From NCBI RefSeq assembly GCF_054482525.1, contig NZ_CM137006.1: a DNA stretch of 64,000 nt, one strand, 5' to 3'. A program made the position numbers and the translations under genes. Below, one piece after another: positions 41,237 through 58,407 of this stretch (the first letter of the stretch is position 1; each line of letters opens with the position of its first letter). The notes beneath the pieces were generated by a model, which saw only the letters and a program-made list of their open reading frames with translations, did not search any database and was not told the origin of the DNA.

Positions 41237-42595
41237 ATGAAGGCAAAAGCGATATTACTCGCCTCTGTCCTGCTCGTGGGTTGCCAGAGTACCGGCAACG
41301 TACAACAGCACGCACAGAGCCTTTCTGCAGCTGGTCAAGGGGAAGCAGCAAAGTTTACAAGTCAGGCACGATGGATGGACGATGGGACGTCTATCGCGCC
41401 AGATGGTGACTTGTGGGCTTTCATTGGCGACGAGCTAAAGATGGGAATTCCGGAAAATGACCGGATTCGCGAACAGAAACAGAAATATTTACGCAATAAG
41501 AGCTATCTCCACGATGTAACTTTACGGGCAGAGCCGTATATGTACTGGATAGCCGGGCAAGTTAAAAAACGTAACATGCCTATGGAACTGGTACTACTAC
41601 CCATAGTGGAGAGCGCTTTTGATCCTCACGCAACGTCTGGCGCCAATGCCGCAGGCATCTGGCAGATCATTCCGAGCACGGGGCGCAATTATGGTTTGAA
41701 ACAGACCCGCAATTATGACGCGCGTCGCGATGTTGTTGCTTCAACAACTGCTGCGCTGAATATGATGCAGCGTCTGAACAAAATGTTTGACGGCGACTGG
41801 CTTCTGACCGTAGCGGCTTATAACAGCGGCGAAGGTCGGGTCATGAAGGCAATTAAAACGAACAAAGCGCGTGGGAAATCCACGGACTTCTGGTCGTTAC
41901 CGTTGCCGCAGGAAACGAAGCAGTACGTGCCTAAAATGCTGGCATTGAGTGATATTCTCAAAAACAGCAAGCGTTATGGCGTACGTCTGCCAACGACCGA
42001 TGAAAGCCGTGCTCTGGCGCGTGTGCACCTGAGCAACCCAGTTGAAATGGCGAAGGTTGCAGATATGGCGGGGATTTCCGTCAGCAAGCTGAAGACATTC
42101 AACGCTGGCGTGAAAGGCTCCACGCTGGGCGCAAGTGGTCCGCAGTACGTGATGGTGCCAAAGAAGCATGCAGATCAACTGCGTGAATCTCTGGCTTCGG
42201 GCGAAATTGCTGCTGTACAGTCGACGCTGGTTGCCGACAATACGCCGCTTAACAGCCGTGTTTACACCGTACGCTCTGGCGACACGCTTTCAAGTATCGC
42301 TTCACGTCTCGGCGTTAGCACCAAAGATTTGCAGCAGTGGAACAAACTGCGCGGATCTAAGCTGAAGCCAGGCCAAAGCTTGGCGATTGGCGCAGGTAGT
42401 AGCGCACAGCGGTTGGCAAACAACAGCGATAGCATTACGTATCGTGTGCGCAAAGGCGATTCGCTTTCAAGCATTGCTAAACGCCACGGCGTGAACATCA
42501 AAGATGTGATGCGCTGGAACAGCGATACTGCGAATCTGCAACCAGGCGATAAGCTGACGTTGTTTGTGAAAAACAACAACATGCCAGATTCCTGA
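41237..42595 (+). CDS. mltD: Membrane-bound lytic murein transglycosylase D, 452 aa
   Basis: Lipoprotein signal (LLVGCQS), transglycosylase domain, C-terminal LysM repeats (YTVRSGDTLSSIA, YRVRKGDSLSSIA). Confidence 0.9.
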   Translation: MKAKAILLASVLLVGCQSTGNVQQHAQSLSAAGQGEAAKFTSQARWMDDGTSIAPDGDLWAFIGDELKMGIPENDRIREQKQKYLRNKSYLHDVTLRAEPYMYWIAGQVKKRNMPMELVLLPIVESAFDPHATSGANAAGIWQIIPSTGRNYGLKQTRNYDARRDVVASTTAALNMMQRLNKMFDGDWLLTVAAYNSGEGRVMKAIKTNKARGKSTDFWSLPLPQETKQYVPKMLALSDILKNSKRYGVRLPTTDESRALARVHLSNPVEMAKVADMAGISVSKLKTFNAGVKGSTLGASGPQYVMVPKKHADQLRESLASGEIAAVQSTLVADNTPLNSRVYTVRSGDTLSSIASRLGVSTKDLQQWNKLRGSKLKPGQSLAIGAGSSAQRLANNSDSITYRVRKGDSLSSIAKRHGVNIKDVMRWNSDTANLQPGDKLTLFVKNNNMPDS

Positions 42596-42611
42596 CAAAC
42601 CAGATAATAAA

Positions 42612-42640
42612 AGGCACCGATTCCCCCGGTGTCTTTTTTA
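42612..42640. terminator. Intrinsic terminator between convergent mltD and yafE
   Basis: Hairpin CACCG-ATTCCCC-CGGTG followed by TCTTTTTTATTT. Confidence 0.5.
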
Positions 42641-42641
42641 T

Positions 42642-43412
42642 TTATGCTGCTTTATGTGCTTCTACAATGATGATATCACTGGTGAAAGAGCCATCATTCT
42701 GCAAGGCAAAATACGTTTTCACCTCTGTCGATGCGCTCTGTTGGTAAATGCGAATAGCGTCTACTAACGCTTCTGGCGTACGCATTCTCGCGACCCATGA
42801 AGAAAATTCCAGCGGTAACTTATCTGTAATTAAATTATCAACTATCAGATTGGCTTCATTGATTAACGTCAACCACTCACCGCTGGCGTAGTTTCGTACG
42901 TGAGAGGTATCGCGTAATGCTTCTACCGTCTGTAACCAGATGTCGCGCACTGGATGACCCGGAGACATTACGTCCATCACAATCAGCCTACCGCCGGGTT
43001 TCAATACCCGATTCACTTCACGCAGTGCTGCACCAACATCATGCCAGTGATGGGCAGAATAACGGCTGATAACAATATCAAATGCGTTATCGGCAAATGG
43101 CAGACTTTCGACATAACCCTGGCGGGTGGTGATATTTTTCAGTTGCCGGGCTTCGGCAGCTTGTGCCACGACATCCAGCATGTGGGCAGATAAGTCATAC
43201 GCCACCACCGCGCTCACGTTCTGCGCAGCGACAAAGCTGGCATGCCCTGCTCCGCAGCCCATATCAAGTACACTTGCATCAGGATAATCAGCCAGACGCA
43301 CCGCCAGGCGCTGTAAATCCCGTCCGGATGCATGTACGGTACTAGTCAGATATTCGCTAGCTTGAGAGCTAAACTGCTTTTCTACGTGGTCATGGTGGGA
43401 TTGTGTTGTCAT
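42642..43412 (-). CDS. yafE: SAM-dependent methyltransferase YafE, 256 aa
   Basis: Methyltransferase motif VLDMGCGAGH. Position as in K-12. Confidence 0.8.
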   Translation of the reverse strand: MTTQSHHDHVEKQFSSQASEYLTSTVHASGRDLQRLAVRLADYPDASVLDMGCGAGHASFVAAQNVSAVVAYDLSAHMLDVVAQAAEARQLKNITTRQGYVESLPFADNAFDIVISRYSAHHWHDVGAALREVNRVLKPGGRLIVMDVMSPGHPVRDIWLQTVEALRDTSHVRNYASGEWLTLINEANLIVDNLITDKLPLEFSSWVARMRTPEALVDAIRIYQQSASTEVKTYFALQNDGSFTSDIIIVEAHKAA

Positions 43413-43489
43413 TGCGCTGTCCTTTTGTTGTTTGAGTATAAAAGGGCAGCGCCAAACGTTGGTCTGCCCTGTGGCAGACCTGACATACC

Positions 43490-44341
<852 letters not shown>

Positions 44342-44530
44342 CTACTGTTATAGGGATTTTAGCTCACTCTTTCAACGAGCAATTGTATATTGTTATGTAA
44401 GCAAGTGCTTACACCGGTCAGAATTTTGCTCATTATCGAGAACATTAAATCGGATGACATATCACGCATCCTGATGGTTTAATGACAAATAAATTCAAAA
44501 TATCTCTTCTATTTTGCAATAGGAGCAAAA

Positions 44531-45445
44531 ATGAAAGCCACGTCGGAAGAACTCGCCATTTTTGTTTCGGTCGTCGAAAGCGGCAGCTTTAGCCGGGCAG
44601 CGGAACAATTAGGGCAAGCAAACTCAGCGGTAAGCCGGGCGGTGAAAAAGCTGGAGATGAAACTTGGCGTTAGCCTGCTTAATCGGACCACGCGACAACT
44701 TAGCCTGACGGAAGAAGGCGAGCGTTATTTTCGTCGCGTACAGTCAATTTTGCAGGAGATGGCAGCGGCAGAATCAGAAATTATGGAGACGCGTAATACA
44801 CCGCGTGGACTGTTACGGATCGATGCCGCAACTCCAGTGGTGCTGCACTTTCTGATGCCGTTGATTAAGCCTTTTCGTGAACGCTATCCGGAAGTCACTT
44901 TATCACTAGTCTCCTCCGAAACGATTATTAATTTGATCGAAAGAAAAGTGGATGTCGCGATACGCGCCGGTACGTTAACGGATTCCAGCTTACGTGCCAG
45001 GCCGTTATTTAACAGTTATCGAAAAATTATAGCCTCCCCCGATTATATTTCCCGCTATGGGAAGCCAGAAACGATCGACGATTTAAAGCAACATGTTTGC
45101 CTGGGATTCACTGAACCCGCTTCCCTCAATACCTGGCCGATAGCCTGTAGCGATGGACAATTACATGAGGTGAAGTACGGTTTGTCATCCAATAGTGGGG
45201 AAACACTGAAACAGCTTTGCCTGAGTGGCAACGGGATTGCGTGTTTGTCCGACTACATGATCGACAGAGAAATCGCTCGCGGAGAATTGGTGGAGTTAAT
45301 GGCAGATAAAGTGTTGCCAGTGGAAATGCCATTCAGTGCAGTCTATTACAGCGACCGTGCGGTAAGTACGCGCATCCGGGCTTTTATCGATTTCCTTAGC
45401 GAGCATGTAAAAACAGCTCCCGAAGGAGCTGTCAGAGAGGCTTAA
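44531..45445 (+). CDS. yafC: LysR-family transcriptional regulator YafC, 304 aa
   Basis: N-terminal helix-turn-helix ([23 protein letters not shown]) and LysR substrate-binding domain. Confidence 0.85.
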   Translation: MKATSEELAIFVSVVESGSFSRAAEQLGQANSAVSRAVKKLEMKLGVSLLNRTTRQLSLTEEGERYFRRVQSILQEMAAAESEIMETRNTPRGLLRIDAATPVVLHFLMPLIKPFRERYPEVTLSLVSSETIINLIERKVDVAIRAGTLTDSSLRARPLFNSYRKIIASPDYISRYGKPETIDDLKQHVCLGFTEPASLNTWPIACSDGQLHEVKYGLSSNSGETLKQLCLSGNGIACLSDYMIDREIARGELVELMADKVLPVEMPFSAVYYSDRAVSTRIRAFIDFLSEHVKTAPEGAVREA

Positions 45446-46245
45446 TCCCATTCAGGAGCCAGACCTTCCGGGCTAACCAGGCGGTCGTTGCAATCCAGTG
45501 CGGCGATCGCTTTTTTATCTTCGGCATCAAGCTGTAAATTTTGTGCCTTAAGATTACTCTCCAGGTTTTCACGTTTAGTAGAAGAAGGAATTACGGAGCA
45601 ACCTTCCCCCATAGCCCACGCCAGAATCACTTGAGCCGGAGTCGCATTGTGTTTAGTTGCGATACGAGCAATAACCTCATCTTTCAGGGCCTTCCCATAA
45701 GCCAGCGTCATATAGGAAGTAATATGGATGCCGTGCTGTTTAGCCCAAGCGACCACTTTACGGTTTTGCAGATAAGGAGAGAGTTCAATCTGGTTAGTAG
45801 CGATGTTTTCAGCGCCAACAGCAGCAATCGCTTTTTCCATCAATGGGATCGTGAAGTTGGAAATACCGATCTCACGCGTCAGCCCTTGTTTTTTCGCTTC
45901 CAGCAGCGCCTGCATAAACTCTTCAACAGAGACTTCATCGTTTGGTGACGGCCAGTGGATTAGCGTCAGATCTACATAATCGGTACGCAATTTTTGCAGG
46001 CTTTCTTTCAGGCTTGGGATCAATTTAGCTTTGTTGAGATTTTCAATCCAGATTTTAGTGGTGATGTAGAGTTCATGACGCGGCACGCCACTTTCTGCAA
46101 TCGCCTGACCTACTGCGGCTTCGTTATCATAGATTTGTGCGGTATCAATTGCGCGATAACCAAGTTCTAGCGCCGTTTTCACAGATGAAATAACAACGTC
46201 GTCTTTCAGACGGAAAGTACCTAAACCAAATGCAGGGATAGCCAT
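45442..46245 (-). CDS. dkgB: 2,5-diketo-D-gluconate reductase B (aldo-keto reductase), 267 aa
   Basis: [16 protein letters not shown]... with aldo-keto reductase signature. Position next to aspU. Confidence 0.9.
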   Translation of the reverse strand: MAIPAFGLGTFRLKDDVVISSVKTALELGYRAIDTAQIYDNEAAVGQAIAESGVPRHELYITTKIWIENLNKAKLIPSLKESLQKLRTDYVDLTLIHWPSPNDEVSVEEFMQALLEAKKQGLTREIGISNFTIPLMEKAIAAVGAENIATNQIELSPYLQNRKVVAWAKQHGIHITSYMTLAYGKALKDEVIARIATKHNATPAQVILAWAMGEGCSVIPSSTKRENLESNLKAQNLQLDAEDKKAIAALDCNDRLVSPEGLAPEWD

Positions 46246-46367
46246 AATATGCCTCTTTTAATGCTATTTTCGTTAACTGAGGTGATTATGGGCTTTAGAA
46301 TGTTGCGGAAAAAGGGCGTAAAACGCAGAGGATTTTTGCGATTTAAGCAATAATAGAAATATAGACG

Positions 46368-46395
46368 AAAAAAAACCTCGAGCGTTAACTCGAGG
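46368..46395 (-). terminator. rrnH operon intrinsic terminator after aspU
   Basis: Stem CCTCGAG / CTCGAGG with 6-nt loop, followed on the minus strand by T8 (plus-strand A run 46368-46375). Confidence 0.6.
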
Positions 46396-46407
46396 CTTCT
46401 TAATAAG

Positions 46408-46484
46408 TGGCGGAACGGACGGGACTCGAACCCGCGACCCCCTGCGTGACAGGCAGGTATTCTAACCGACTGAACTACCGCTCC
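46408..46484 (-). tRNA. aspU: tRNA-Asp (GUC), distal tRNA of rrnH
   Basis: Sequence identical to the aspV copy at 38185..38261; follows 5S rRNA. Confidence 0.95.
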
Positions 46485-46536
46485 ACCGAATTCTTTTACA
46501 ACCACCGGTTTTATGACCGGCTTACTGCTTAATTTG

Positions 46537-46656
46537 ATGCCTGGCAGTTCCCTACTCTCGCATGGGGAGACCCCACACTACCATCGGCGCTACGGCGTTT
46601 CACTTCTGAGTTCGGCATGGGGTCAGGTGGGACCACCGCGCTAAGGCCGCCAGGCA
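46537..46656 (-). rRNA. rrfH: 5S ribosomal RNA
   Basis: 120-nt reverse-complement match to E. coli 5S rRNA (TGCCTGGCGGC...GGGAACTGCCAGGCAT), recalled from memory. Confidence 0.95.
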
Positions 46657-46748
46657 AATTCTGTTTTATCAGACCGCTTCTGCGTTCTGATTTAATCTGT
46701 ATCAGGCTGAAAATCTTCTCTCATCCGCCAAAACATCTTCGGCGTTGT

Positions 46749-49652
<2,904 letters not shown>

Positions 49653-49837
49653 TCACAACCCGAAGATGTTTCTTTCGATTCATCATCGTGTTGCGAAAAT
49701 TTGAGAGACTCACGAATAATCTTTCGACTATTCAGTGTTTCAATTTTCAGCTTGATCCAGATTTTTAAAGAGCAAAACTTCGCAGTGAACCTTTGCAGGT
49801 ACACTCTGAAGTATTTTTTATTTAATCACTACAGAGA

Positions 49838-49913
49838 TGGTGGAGCTATGCGGGATCGAACCGCAGACCTCCTGCGTGCAAAGCAGGCGCTCTCCCAGCT
49901 GAGCTATAGCCCC
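49838..49913 (-). tRNA. alaV: tRNA-Ala (UGC), spacer tRNA
   Basis: Reverse-complement match to GGGGCTATAGCTCAGCTGGGAGAGCGCCTGCTTTGCACGCAGGAGGTCTGCGGTTCGATCCCGCATAGCTCCACCA. Confidence 0.95.
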
Positions 49914-49954
49914 ATAACATGTAGTTAAAACCTCTTCAAATTTGCGGTGCAAAT

Positions 49955-50031
<77 letters not shown>

Positions 50032-50100
50032 TGTAGAGGTTTTACTGCTCATTTTCATCAGACAATCTGTGTGAGCACTGCAAAGTACGCTTCTTTAAGG

Positions 50101-51642
<1,542 letters not shown>

Positions 51643-51819
51643 AAAAGTTTGATGCTCAAAGAATTAAACTTCGTAATGAATTACGTGTTCACTCTTGAGA
51701 CTTGGTATTCATTTTTCGTCTTGCGACGTTAAGAATCCGTATCTTCGAGTGCCCACACAGATTGTCTGATAAATTGTTAAAGAGCAGTTGCGACGCGGCT
51801 TTCAGCTCACTGTCGCGAG

Positions 51820-51970
51820 GTGGCGTATATTACGCTTTCCTCTTTCAGAGTCAACCCTGAATTTCAGGATTTTTCTCTTCAACCGAACCGGCTGTTTGTG
51901 TGAAGTGATTCACATCCGCCGTGTCGATGGAGGCGCATTATAGGGAGTCGTTTCAGGAAGACAAGCGGAA
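51820..51970 (-). promoter_or_regulatory. rrnH tandem promoters P1 and P2
   Basis: Minus strand reads CTTGTCTTCC...CTCCCTATAATGCGCCTCC (P1-like: -35 TTGTCT, -10 TATAAT) and TTGACTCTGAAAGAGGAAAGCGTAATATACGCC (P2-like: -35 TTGACT, -10 TAATAT), as in other E. coli rrn operons. Confidence 0.55.
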
Positions 51971-52007
51971 AAATGCATTTTTATTTCAACCGCTCATCTT
52001 TTAATCA

Positions 52008-52580
52008 TTACGCCGGTTTTTGCTGCTTTTTTATCGCTTGCGGCAGGTCTGCCAGGCTATTTAACACCCAATCCGCCGCGTTTTCTGCTTCAGGCGTAAC
52101 AGGTTTACCCGTACGCACCAGCACTTTTGTTCCCACGTTCGCCGCAGCTGCTGCCTGCATATCTTCTAATTTATCGCCCACCATATAAGAAGCGGCCATA
52201 TCAATATGCAAATAATCGCGTGCTGACAAAAGCATCCCCGGATGTGGTTTGCGGCAGTCGCAGACCTGGCGAAACTCTTCAACACTACCCTGCGGATGAT
52301 GCGGGCAATAATAGATACCATCCAGATCGACATCGCGGTCCGCCAGCGACCAGTCCATCCACTCGGTCAGCGTTTCAAACTGTGCTTCAGTAAATTTACC
52401 GCGAGCAATGCCAGACTGGTTGGTTACTACCACCAGCGCAAAGCCCATTTTTTTTAGCTCGCGCATGGCGTCAATAACACCGTCGATAAATTCAAAGTTG
52501 TCGATCTCATGGACATAGCCGTGATCGACATTAATGGTGCCATCACGGTCAAGAAAAATTGCGGGTACGCTCTTCGCCAC
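52008..52580 (-). CDS. gmhB: D-glycero-beta-D-manno-heptose-1,7-bisphosphate 7-phosphatase, 190 aa
   Basis: HAD-phosphatase motif FLDRDGTIN. Position between rrsH and metN as in K-12. Confidence 0.9.
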   Translation of the reverse strand: MAKSVPAIFLDRDGTINVDHGYVHEIDNFEFIDGVIDAMRELKKMGFALVVVTNQSGIARGKFTEAQFETLTEWMDWSLADRDVDLDGIYYCPHHPQGSVEEFRQVCDCRKPHPGMLLSARDYLHIDMAASYMVGDKLEDMQAAAAANVGTKVLVRTGKPVTPEAENAADWVLNSLADLPQAIKKQQKPA

Positions 52581-52669
52581 CTTTTATAGCTCCTTAATAA
52601 GGCATGTGACGCTAGTATCGCATGTTTCGACCAGCAAGAAAGTGCTCTTCGCATAAACCTGATTGATTT

Positions 52670-52685
52670 AGACGTCTGGATGCCT
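52670..52685 (+). promoter_or_regulatory. MetJ operator (tandem met boxes) upstream of metN
   Basis: AGACGTCT followed by GGATGCCT about 90 bp upstream of the metN start, resembling the AGACGTCT met-box consensus. Confidence 0.4.
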
Positions 52686-52767
52686 TAACATCCATTTCAT
52701 TGACGGCGTTGCCCGTTCCAGGCATTCGAAATGCCACGACTAACTTAATGACGATAATAAATAATCA

Positions 52768-53799
52768 ATGATAAAACTTTCGAATATCACCAAAGTGTTC
52801 CACCAGGGCACCCGCACCATCCAGGCGTTGAACAACGTCAGCCTGCATGTGCCAGCTGGACAAATTTATGGCGTTATCGGTGCCTCTGGCGCGGGTAAGA
52901 GTACGCTTATACGTTGTGTAAACCTGCTGGAGCGCCCAACCGAGGGTAGCGTGCTGGTCGATGGCCAGGAACTGACCACGCTGTCAGAATCCGAGTTGAC
53001 CAAAGCTCGCCGCCAGATTGGTATGATTTTCCAGCATTTTAACCTGCTCTCTTCGCGTACTGTTTTTGGCAACGTGGCTCTGCCGCTGGAGCTGGACAAC
53101 ACACCGAAAGATGAGATCAAACGTCGCGTGACGGAATTGCTGTCATTGGTTGGTCTTGGCGATAAGCATGATAGCTACCCGTCGAATCTTTCCGGTGGGC
53201 AGAAACAGCGTGTGGCGATTGCCCGTGCGTTAGCCAGCAATCCCAAAGTATTGCTGTGTGATGAGGCCACCAGCGCGCTGGATCCGGCAACGACACGTTC
53301 TATTCTCGAACTGCTGAAAGACATCAACCGCCGTCTGGGTTTGACGATTCTGTTGATCACCCACGAAATGGACGTTGTGAAGCGCATTTGTGATTGCGTG
53401 GCGGTCATCAGCAATGGCGAACTGATCGAGCAGGACACGGTAAGTGAAGTGTTCTCGCATCCGAAAACGCCGCTGGCACAGAAGTTTATTCAGTCGACCC
53501 TGCATCTGGATATCCCGGAAGATTACCAGGAACGTCTGCAAGCGGAGCCATTCACTGACTGCGTGCCGATGCTGCGTCTGGAGTTTACCAGTCAATCGGT
53601 CGATGCCCCACTGCTTTCTGAAACCGCGCGTCGTTTCAACGTCAACAACAACATTATTAGCGCGCAGATGGATTACGCCGGTGGCGTTAAGTTCGGCATC
53701 ATGCTGACTGAAATGCACGGCACACAACAAGATACGCAAGCCGCCATTGCCTGGCTGCAGGAACACCATGTAAAAGTAGAGGTACTGGGTTATGTCTGA
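52768..53799 (+). CDS. metN: Methionine ABC transporter ATP-binding protein, 343 aa
   Basis: Walker [10 protein letters not shown] and ABC signature LSGGQKQR. Confidence 0.95.
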   Translation: MIKLSNITKVFHQGTRTIQALNNVSLHVPAGQIYGVIGASGAGKSTLIRCVNLLERPTEGSVLVDGQELTTLSESELTKARRQIGMIFQHFNLLSSRTVFGNVALPLELDNTPKDEIKRRVTELLSLVGLGDKHDSYPSNLSGGQKQRVAIARALASNPKVLLCDEATSALDPATTRSILELLKDINRRLGLTILLITHEMDVVKRICDCVAVISNGELIEQDTVSEVFSHPKTPLAQKFIQSTLHLDIPEDYQERLQAEPFTDCVPMLRLEFTSQSVDAPLLSETARRFNVNNNIISAQMDYAGGVKFGIMLTEMHGTQQDTQAAIAWLQEHHVKVEVLGYV

Positions 53800-54445
53800 G
53801 CCGATGATGTGGCTGCTGGTTCGTGGCGTATGGGAAACGCTGGCAATGACCTTCGTATCCGGATTTTTTGGGTTTGTGATTGGTCTGCCGGTTGGCGTCC
53901 TGCTTTATGTCACGCGTCCGGGGCAAATTATTGCTAACGCGAAGCTGTATCGTACCGTTTCTGCGATTGTGAACATTTTCCGTTCCATCCCGTTCATTAT
54001 CTTGCTGGTATGGATGATTCCGTTTACCCGCGTTATTGTTGGTACATCGATTGGTTTGCAGGCAGCGATTGTTCCGTTAACCGTTGGTGCAGCACCGTTT
54101 ATTGCCCGTATGGTCGAGAACGCTCTGCTGGAGATCCCAACCGGGCTAATTGAAGCTTCCCGCGCAATGGGTGCCACGCCGATGCAGATCGTCCGTAAAG
54201 TGCTGTTACCGGAAGCATTGCCGGGTCTGGTGAATGCGGCGACTATCACCCTGATTACCCTGGTCGGTTATTCCGCGATGGGTGGTGCAGTCGGTGCCGG
54301 TGGTTTAGGTCAGATTGGCTATCAGTATGGCTACATCGGCTACAACGCGACGGTGATGAATACGGTACTGGTATTGCTGGTCATTCTGGTTTATTTAATT
54401 CAGTTCGCAGGCGACCGCATCGTCCGGGCTGTCACTCGCAAGTAA
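53792..54445 (+). CDS. metI: Methionine ABC transporter permease, 217 aa
   Basis: Multi-pass permease; overlaps the metN stop. Confidence 0.95.
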   Translation: MSEPMMWLLVRGVWETLAMTFVSGFFGFVIGLPVGVLLYVTRPGQIIANAKLYRTVSAIVNIFRSIPFIILLVWMIPFTRVIVGTSIGLQAAIVPLTVGAAPFIARMVENALLEIPTGLIEASRAMGATPMQIVRKVLLPEALPGLVNAATITLITLVGYSAMGGAVGAGGLGQIGYQYGYIGYNATVMNTVLVLLVILVYLIQFAGDRIVRAVTRK

Positions 54446-54484
54446 CGTTCAACACAACATAAATAATTGAAGAAGGAATAAGGT

Positions 54485-55300
54485 ATGGCGTTCAAATTCA
54501 AAACCTTTGCGGCAGTGGGAGCCCTGATTGGATCACTGGCACTGGTAGGCTGCGGTCAGGATGAAAAAGATCCAAACCACATTAAAGTCGGCGTGATTGT
54601 TGGTGCCGAACAGCAGGTTGCAGAAGTCGCGCAGAAAGTTGCGAAAGACAAATATGGCCTGGACGTTGAGCTGGTAACCTTCAACGACTATGTTCTGCCA
54701 AACGAAGCATTGAGCAAAGGCGATATCGACGCCAACGCCTTCCAGCATAAACCGTACCTTGATCAGCAACTGAAAGATCGTGGCTACAAACTGGTCGCAG
54801 TAGGCAACACTTTTGTTTATCCGATTGCTGGTTACTCCAAGAAAATCAAATCACTGGATGAACTGCAGGATGGTTCGCAGGTTGCCGTGCCAAACGACCC
54901 AACTAACCTTGGTCGTTCACTGCTGCTGCTGCAAAAAGTGGGCTTGATCAAACTGAAAGATGGCGTTGGCCTGCTGCCGACCGTTCTTGATGTTGTTGAG
55001 AACCCCAAAAATCTGAAAATTGTTGAGCTGGAAGCACCGCAGCTGCCGCGTTCTCTGGACGACGCGCAAATCGCTCTGGCAGTTATTAACACCACCTATG
55101 CCAGCCAGATTGGCCTGACTCCAGCGAAAGACGGTATCTTTGTCGAAGATAAAGACTCCCCGTATGTAAACCTGATCGTGACGCGTGAAGATAACAAAGA
55201 CGCCGAGAACGTGAAGAAATTCGTTCAGGCTTATCAGTCTGACGAAGTTTACGAAGCAGCAAACAAAGTGTTTAACGGCGGCGCTGTTAAAGGCTGGTAA
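54485..55300 (+). CDS. metQ: Methionine-binding lipoprotein, 271 aa
   Basis: Lipobox LVGCG; NlpA-family substrate-binding protein. Confidence 0.95.
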   Translation: MAFKFKTFAAVGALIGSLALVGCGQDEKDPNHIKVGVIVGAEQQVAEVAQKVAKDKYGLDVELVTFNDYVLPNEALSKGDIDANAFQHKPYLDQQLKDRGYKLVAVGNTFVYPIAGYSKKIKSLDELQDGSQVAVPNDPTNLGRSLLLLQKVGLIKLKDGVGLLPTVLDVVENPKNLKIVELEAPQLPRSLDDAQIALAVINTTYASQIGLTPAKDGIFVEDKDSPYVNLIVTREDNKDAENVKKFVQAYQSDEVYEAANKVFNGGAVKGW

Positions 55301-55417
55301 TTTTTAGGCTGTTTCCACAATTTGTAATATCATTCAGGACGGGCGCTTGCCCGTCTTGTCATTTTTACAAGCTCCTGATTCAATATTGACGTTTTGATCA
55401 TACATTGAGGAAATACT

Positions 55418-55822
55418 ATGCGTGCTTTACCGATCTGTTTAGTAGCACTCATGCTAAGCGGCTGTTCCATGTTAAGCAGATCCCCTGTCGAACCCGTTCA
55501 AAGCACTGCACCCCAGCCGAAAGCGGAGCCTGCAAAACCGAAAGCGCCGCGCGCCACGCCGGTCCGAATTTATACCAATGCAGAAGAATTAGTCGGCAAA
55601 CCGTTCCGCGATCTCGGTGAAGTCAGTGGCGACTCTTGCCAGGCCTCTAATCAGGACTCTCCGCCGAGCATTCCAACCGCGCGTAAGCGGATGCAAATCA
55701 ACGCCTCGAAAATGAAAGCCAATGCGGTATTACTGCATAGCTGCGAAGTCACCAGCGGTACGCCAGGCTGCTATCGTCAGGCTGTATGTATCGGTTCTGC
55801 GCTTAACATTACGGCGAAATGA
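55418..55822 (+). CDS. rcsF: Outer-membrane lipoprotein RcsF, 134 aa
   Basis: MRALPICLVALMLSGCSMLSR... with Pro/Ala/Lys-rich linker and C-terminal Cys residues. Confidence 0.9.
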   Translation: MRALPICLVALMLSGCSMLSRSPVEPVQSTAPQPKAEPAKPKAPRATPVRIYTNAEELVGKPFRDLGEVSGDSCQASNQDSPPSIPTARKRMQINASKMKANAVLLHSCEVTSGTPGCYRQAVCIGSALNITAK

Positions 55823-56526
55823 GCAGTTTCCAGTTCGAGCAAATAGGCGTTATTCGCTCGCCCTATAAAGAAAAATTCGCCGTTCCGCGCCAGCCAGGTC
55901 TGGTAAAAAGCGCCAACGGCGAGCTGCATCTCATTGCTCCCTACAACCAGGCCGACGCCGTTCGCGGCCTGGAAGCGTTCAGCCATTTATGGATCCTTTT
56001 CGTCTTTCATCAAACGATGGAAGGCGGCTGGCGTCCGACTGTGCGTCCACCGCGCCTCGGCGGTAATGCCAGAATGGGTGTTTTCGCTACGCGCTCCACT
56101 TTCCGCCCTAACCCGATTGGTATGTCGCTGGTAGAGCTGAAAGAGGTTGTTTGCCATAAAGACAGCGTGATTCTGAAGCTCGGCAGTCTGGATCTGGTAG
56201 ATGGTACGCCGGTGGTGGATATCAAACCGTATCTCCCCTTTGCCGAATCGCTTCCAAATGCCAGTGCCAGCTATGCGCAAAGTGCGCCAGCGGCAGAGAT
56301 GGCGGTGAGCTTTACCGCAGAGGTCGAAAAGCAGCTTTTGACGCTGGAGAAACGTTATCCGCAGTTAACGCTGTTTATCCGCGAAGTACTGGCGCAGGAC
56401 CCGCGCCCGGCCTATCGTAAAGGTGAGGAAACGGGCAAAACCTATGCCGTCTGGCTGCATGATTTTAACGTTCGCTGGCGCGTCACCGACGCAGGTTTTG
56501 AAGTCTTTGCGCTGGAACCGCGTTAA
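55819..56526 (+). CDS. tsaA: tRNA methyltransferase TsaA (YaeB), 235 aa
   Basis: Translation and position between rcsF and proS. Confidence 0.85.
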   Translation: MSSFQFEQIGVIRSPYKEKFAVPRQPGLVKSANGELHLIAPYNQADAVRGLEAFSHLWILFVFHQTMEGGWRPTVRPPRLGGNARMGVFATRSTFRPNPIGMSLVELKEVVCHKDSVILKLGSLDLVDGTPVVDIKPYLPFAESLPNASASYAQSAPAAEMAVSFTAEVEKQLLTLEKRYPQLTLFIREVLAQDPRPAYRKGEETGKTYAVWLHDFNVRWRVTDAGFEVFALEPR

Positions 56527-56636
56527 ATTCGCTCCCTTCTCTTTTGACATTTCTTTTGCACTGGTAAACTAAATCACTTTTTTTGTCCCAGGCTCGCCTT
56601 GAGCCTGTTCTACCTTCCAACTGGAACCGTAACAAC

Positions 56637-58355
56637 ATGCGTACTAGCCAATACCTGCTCTCCACTCTCAAGGAGACACCTGCCGACGCCGAGGTGATCA
56701 GCCATCAGCTGATGCTGCGCGCCGGGATGATCCGCAAGCTGGCCTCCGGGTTATATACCTGGCTGCCGACCGGCGTGCGCGTTCTGAAAAAAGTCGAAAA
56801 CATCGTGCGTGAAGAGATGAACAACGCCGGTGCGATCGAGGTGTCGATGCCGGTGGTTCAGCCAGCCGATTTGTGGCAAGAGAGTGGTCGTTGGGAACAG
56901 TACGGTCCGGAACTGCTGCGTTTTGTTGACCGTGGCGAGCGTCCGTTCGTACTCGGCCCAACTCATGAAGAAGTTATTACAGACCTGATTCGTAACGAGC
57001 TGAGCTCTTACAAACAGCTGCCGCTGAACTTCTATCAGATCCAGACCAAGTTCCGCGACGAAGTGCGTCCGCGTTTCGGCGTCATGCGTTCCCGCGAATT
57101 CCTGATGAAAGATGCTTACTCTTTCCATACTTCTCAGGAATCCTTACAGGAAACCTACGATGCAATGTATGCGGCCTACAGCAAAATCTTCAGCCGCATG
57201 GGGCTGGATTTCCGCGCCGTACAGGCCGACACTGGTTCTATCGGCGGCAGCGCCTCTCATGAATTCCAGGTGCTGGCGCAGAGCGGTGAAGACGATGTGG
57301 TCTTCTCCGACACCTCTGACTATGCAGCGAACATTGAGCTGGCAGAAGCTATCGCGCCGAAAGAACCGCGCGCTGCTGCTACCCAGGAAATGACGCTGGT
57401 TGATACGCCGAACGCGAAGACCATCGCGGAACTGGTTGAACAGTTCAATCTGCCGATTGAGAAAACGGTTAAGACTCTGCTGGTTAAAGCGGTTGAAGGC
57501 AGTAGCTTCCCGCTGGTTGCGCTGCTGGTGCGCGGTGACCACGAGCTGAACGAAGTTAAAGCAGAAAAACTGCCGCAGGTTGCCAGCCCGCTGACTTTTG
57601 CGACCGAAGAAGAAATTCGTGCCGTGGTTAAAGCCGGTCCGGGTTCACTGGGTCCGGTAAACATGCCAATTCCGGTGGTGATTGACCGTACCGTTGCGGC
57701 GATGAGTGATTTCGCTGCTGGTGCTAACATCGATGGTAAACACTACTTCGGTATCAACTGGGATCGCGATGTCGCTACCCCGGAAATTGCTGATATCCGT
57801 AACGTGGTAGCTGGCGATCCAAGCCCGGATGGCCAGGGTACGCTGCTGATCAAACGTGGTATCGAAGTTGGTCACATCTTCCAGCTGGGTACCAAGTACT
57901 CCGAAGCACTGAAAGCCTCCGTACAGGGTGAAGATGGCCGTAACCAAATCCTGACGATGGGTTGCTACGGTATCGGGGTAACGCGTGTAGTAGCTGCGGC
58001 GATCGAGCAGAACTACGACGAACGCGGCATCGTATGGCCTGACGCTATCGCGCCGTTCCAGGTGGCGATTCTGCCGATGAACATGCACAAATCCTTCCGC
58101 GTACAAGAGCTTGCTGAGAAACTGTACAGCGAACTGCGTGCACAAGGTATCGAAGTGCTGCTGGATGACCGCAAAGAGCGTCCGGGCGTGATGTTTGCTG
58201 ATATGGAACTGATCGGTATTCCGCACACTATTGTGCTGGGCGACCGTAACCTCGACAACGACGATATCGAATATAAATATCGTCGTAACGGCGAGAAACA
58301 GTTAATTAAGACTGGTGACATCGTCGATTATCTGGTGAAACAGATTAAAGGCTGA
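56637..58355 (+). CDS. proS: Prolyl-tRNA synthetase, 572 aa
   Basis: [34 protein letters not shown]... The track ORF start at 56583 is an upstream extension. Confidence 0.95.
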   Translation: MRTSQYLLSTLKETPADAEVISHQLMLRAGMIRKLASGLYTWLPTGVRVLKKVENIVREEMNNAGAIEVSMPVVQPADLWQESGRWEQYGPELLRFVDRGERPFVLGPTHEEVITDLIRNELSSYKQLPLNFYQIQTKFRDEVRPRFGVMRSREFLMKDAYSFHTSQESLQETYDAMYAAYSKIFSRMGLDFRAVQADTGSIGGSASHEFQVLAQSGEDDVVFSDTSDYAANIELAEAIAPKEPRAAATQEMTLVDTPNAKTIAELVEQFNLPIEKTVKTLLVKAVEGSSFPLVALLVRGDHELNEVKAEKLPQVASPLTFATEEEIRAVVKAGPGSLGPVNMPIPVVIDRTVAAMSDFAAGANIDGKHYFGINWDRDVATPEIADIRNVVAGDPSPDGQGTLLIKRGIEVGHIFQLGTKYSEALKASVQGEDGRNQILTMGCYGIGVTRVVAAAIEQNYDERGIVWPDAIAPFQVAILPMNMHKSFRVQELAEKLYSELRAQGIEVLLDDRKERPGVMFADMELIGIPHTIVLGDRNLDNDDIEYKYRRNGEKQLIKTGDIVDYLVKQIKG

Positions 58356-58361
58356 TGCCAG

Positions 58362-58392
58362 AAAGGGTCCTGAATTTCAGGGCCCTTTTTTA
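58362..58392 (+). terminator. Intrinsic terminator after proS
   Basis: Hairpin AGGGTCCTGAATTTCAGGGCCCT followed by TTTTTT. Confidence 0.6.
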
Positions 58393-58407
58393 CATGGATT
58401 GTATAAA

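Noticed and set aside
53230-53769. 179-aa minus-strand ORF antisense to metN, and similar antisense ORFs in dnaQ, proS, tssM and clpV
   Set aside because: They overlap well-supported genes on the opposite strand and have low-complexity translations.
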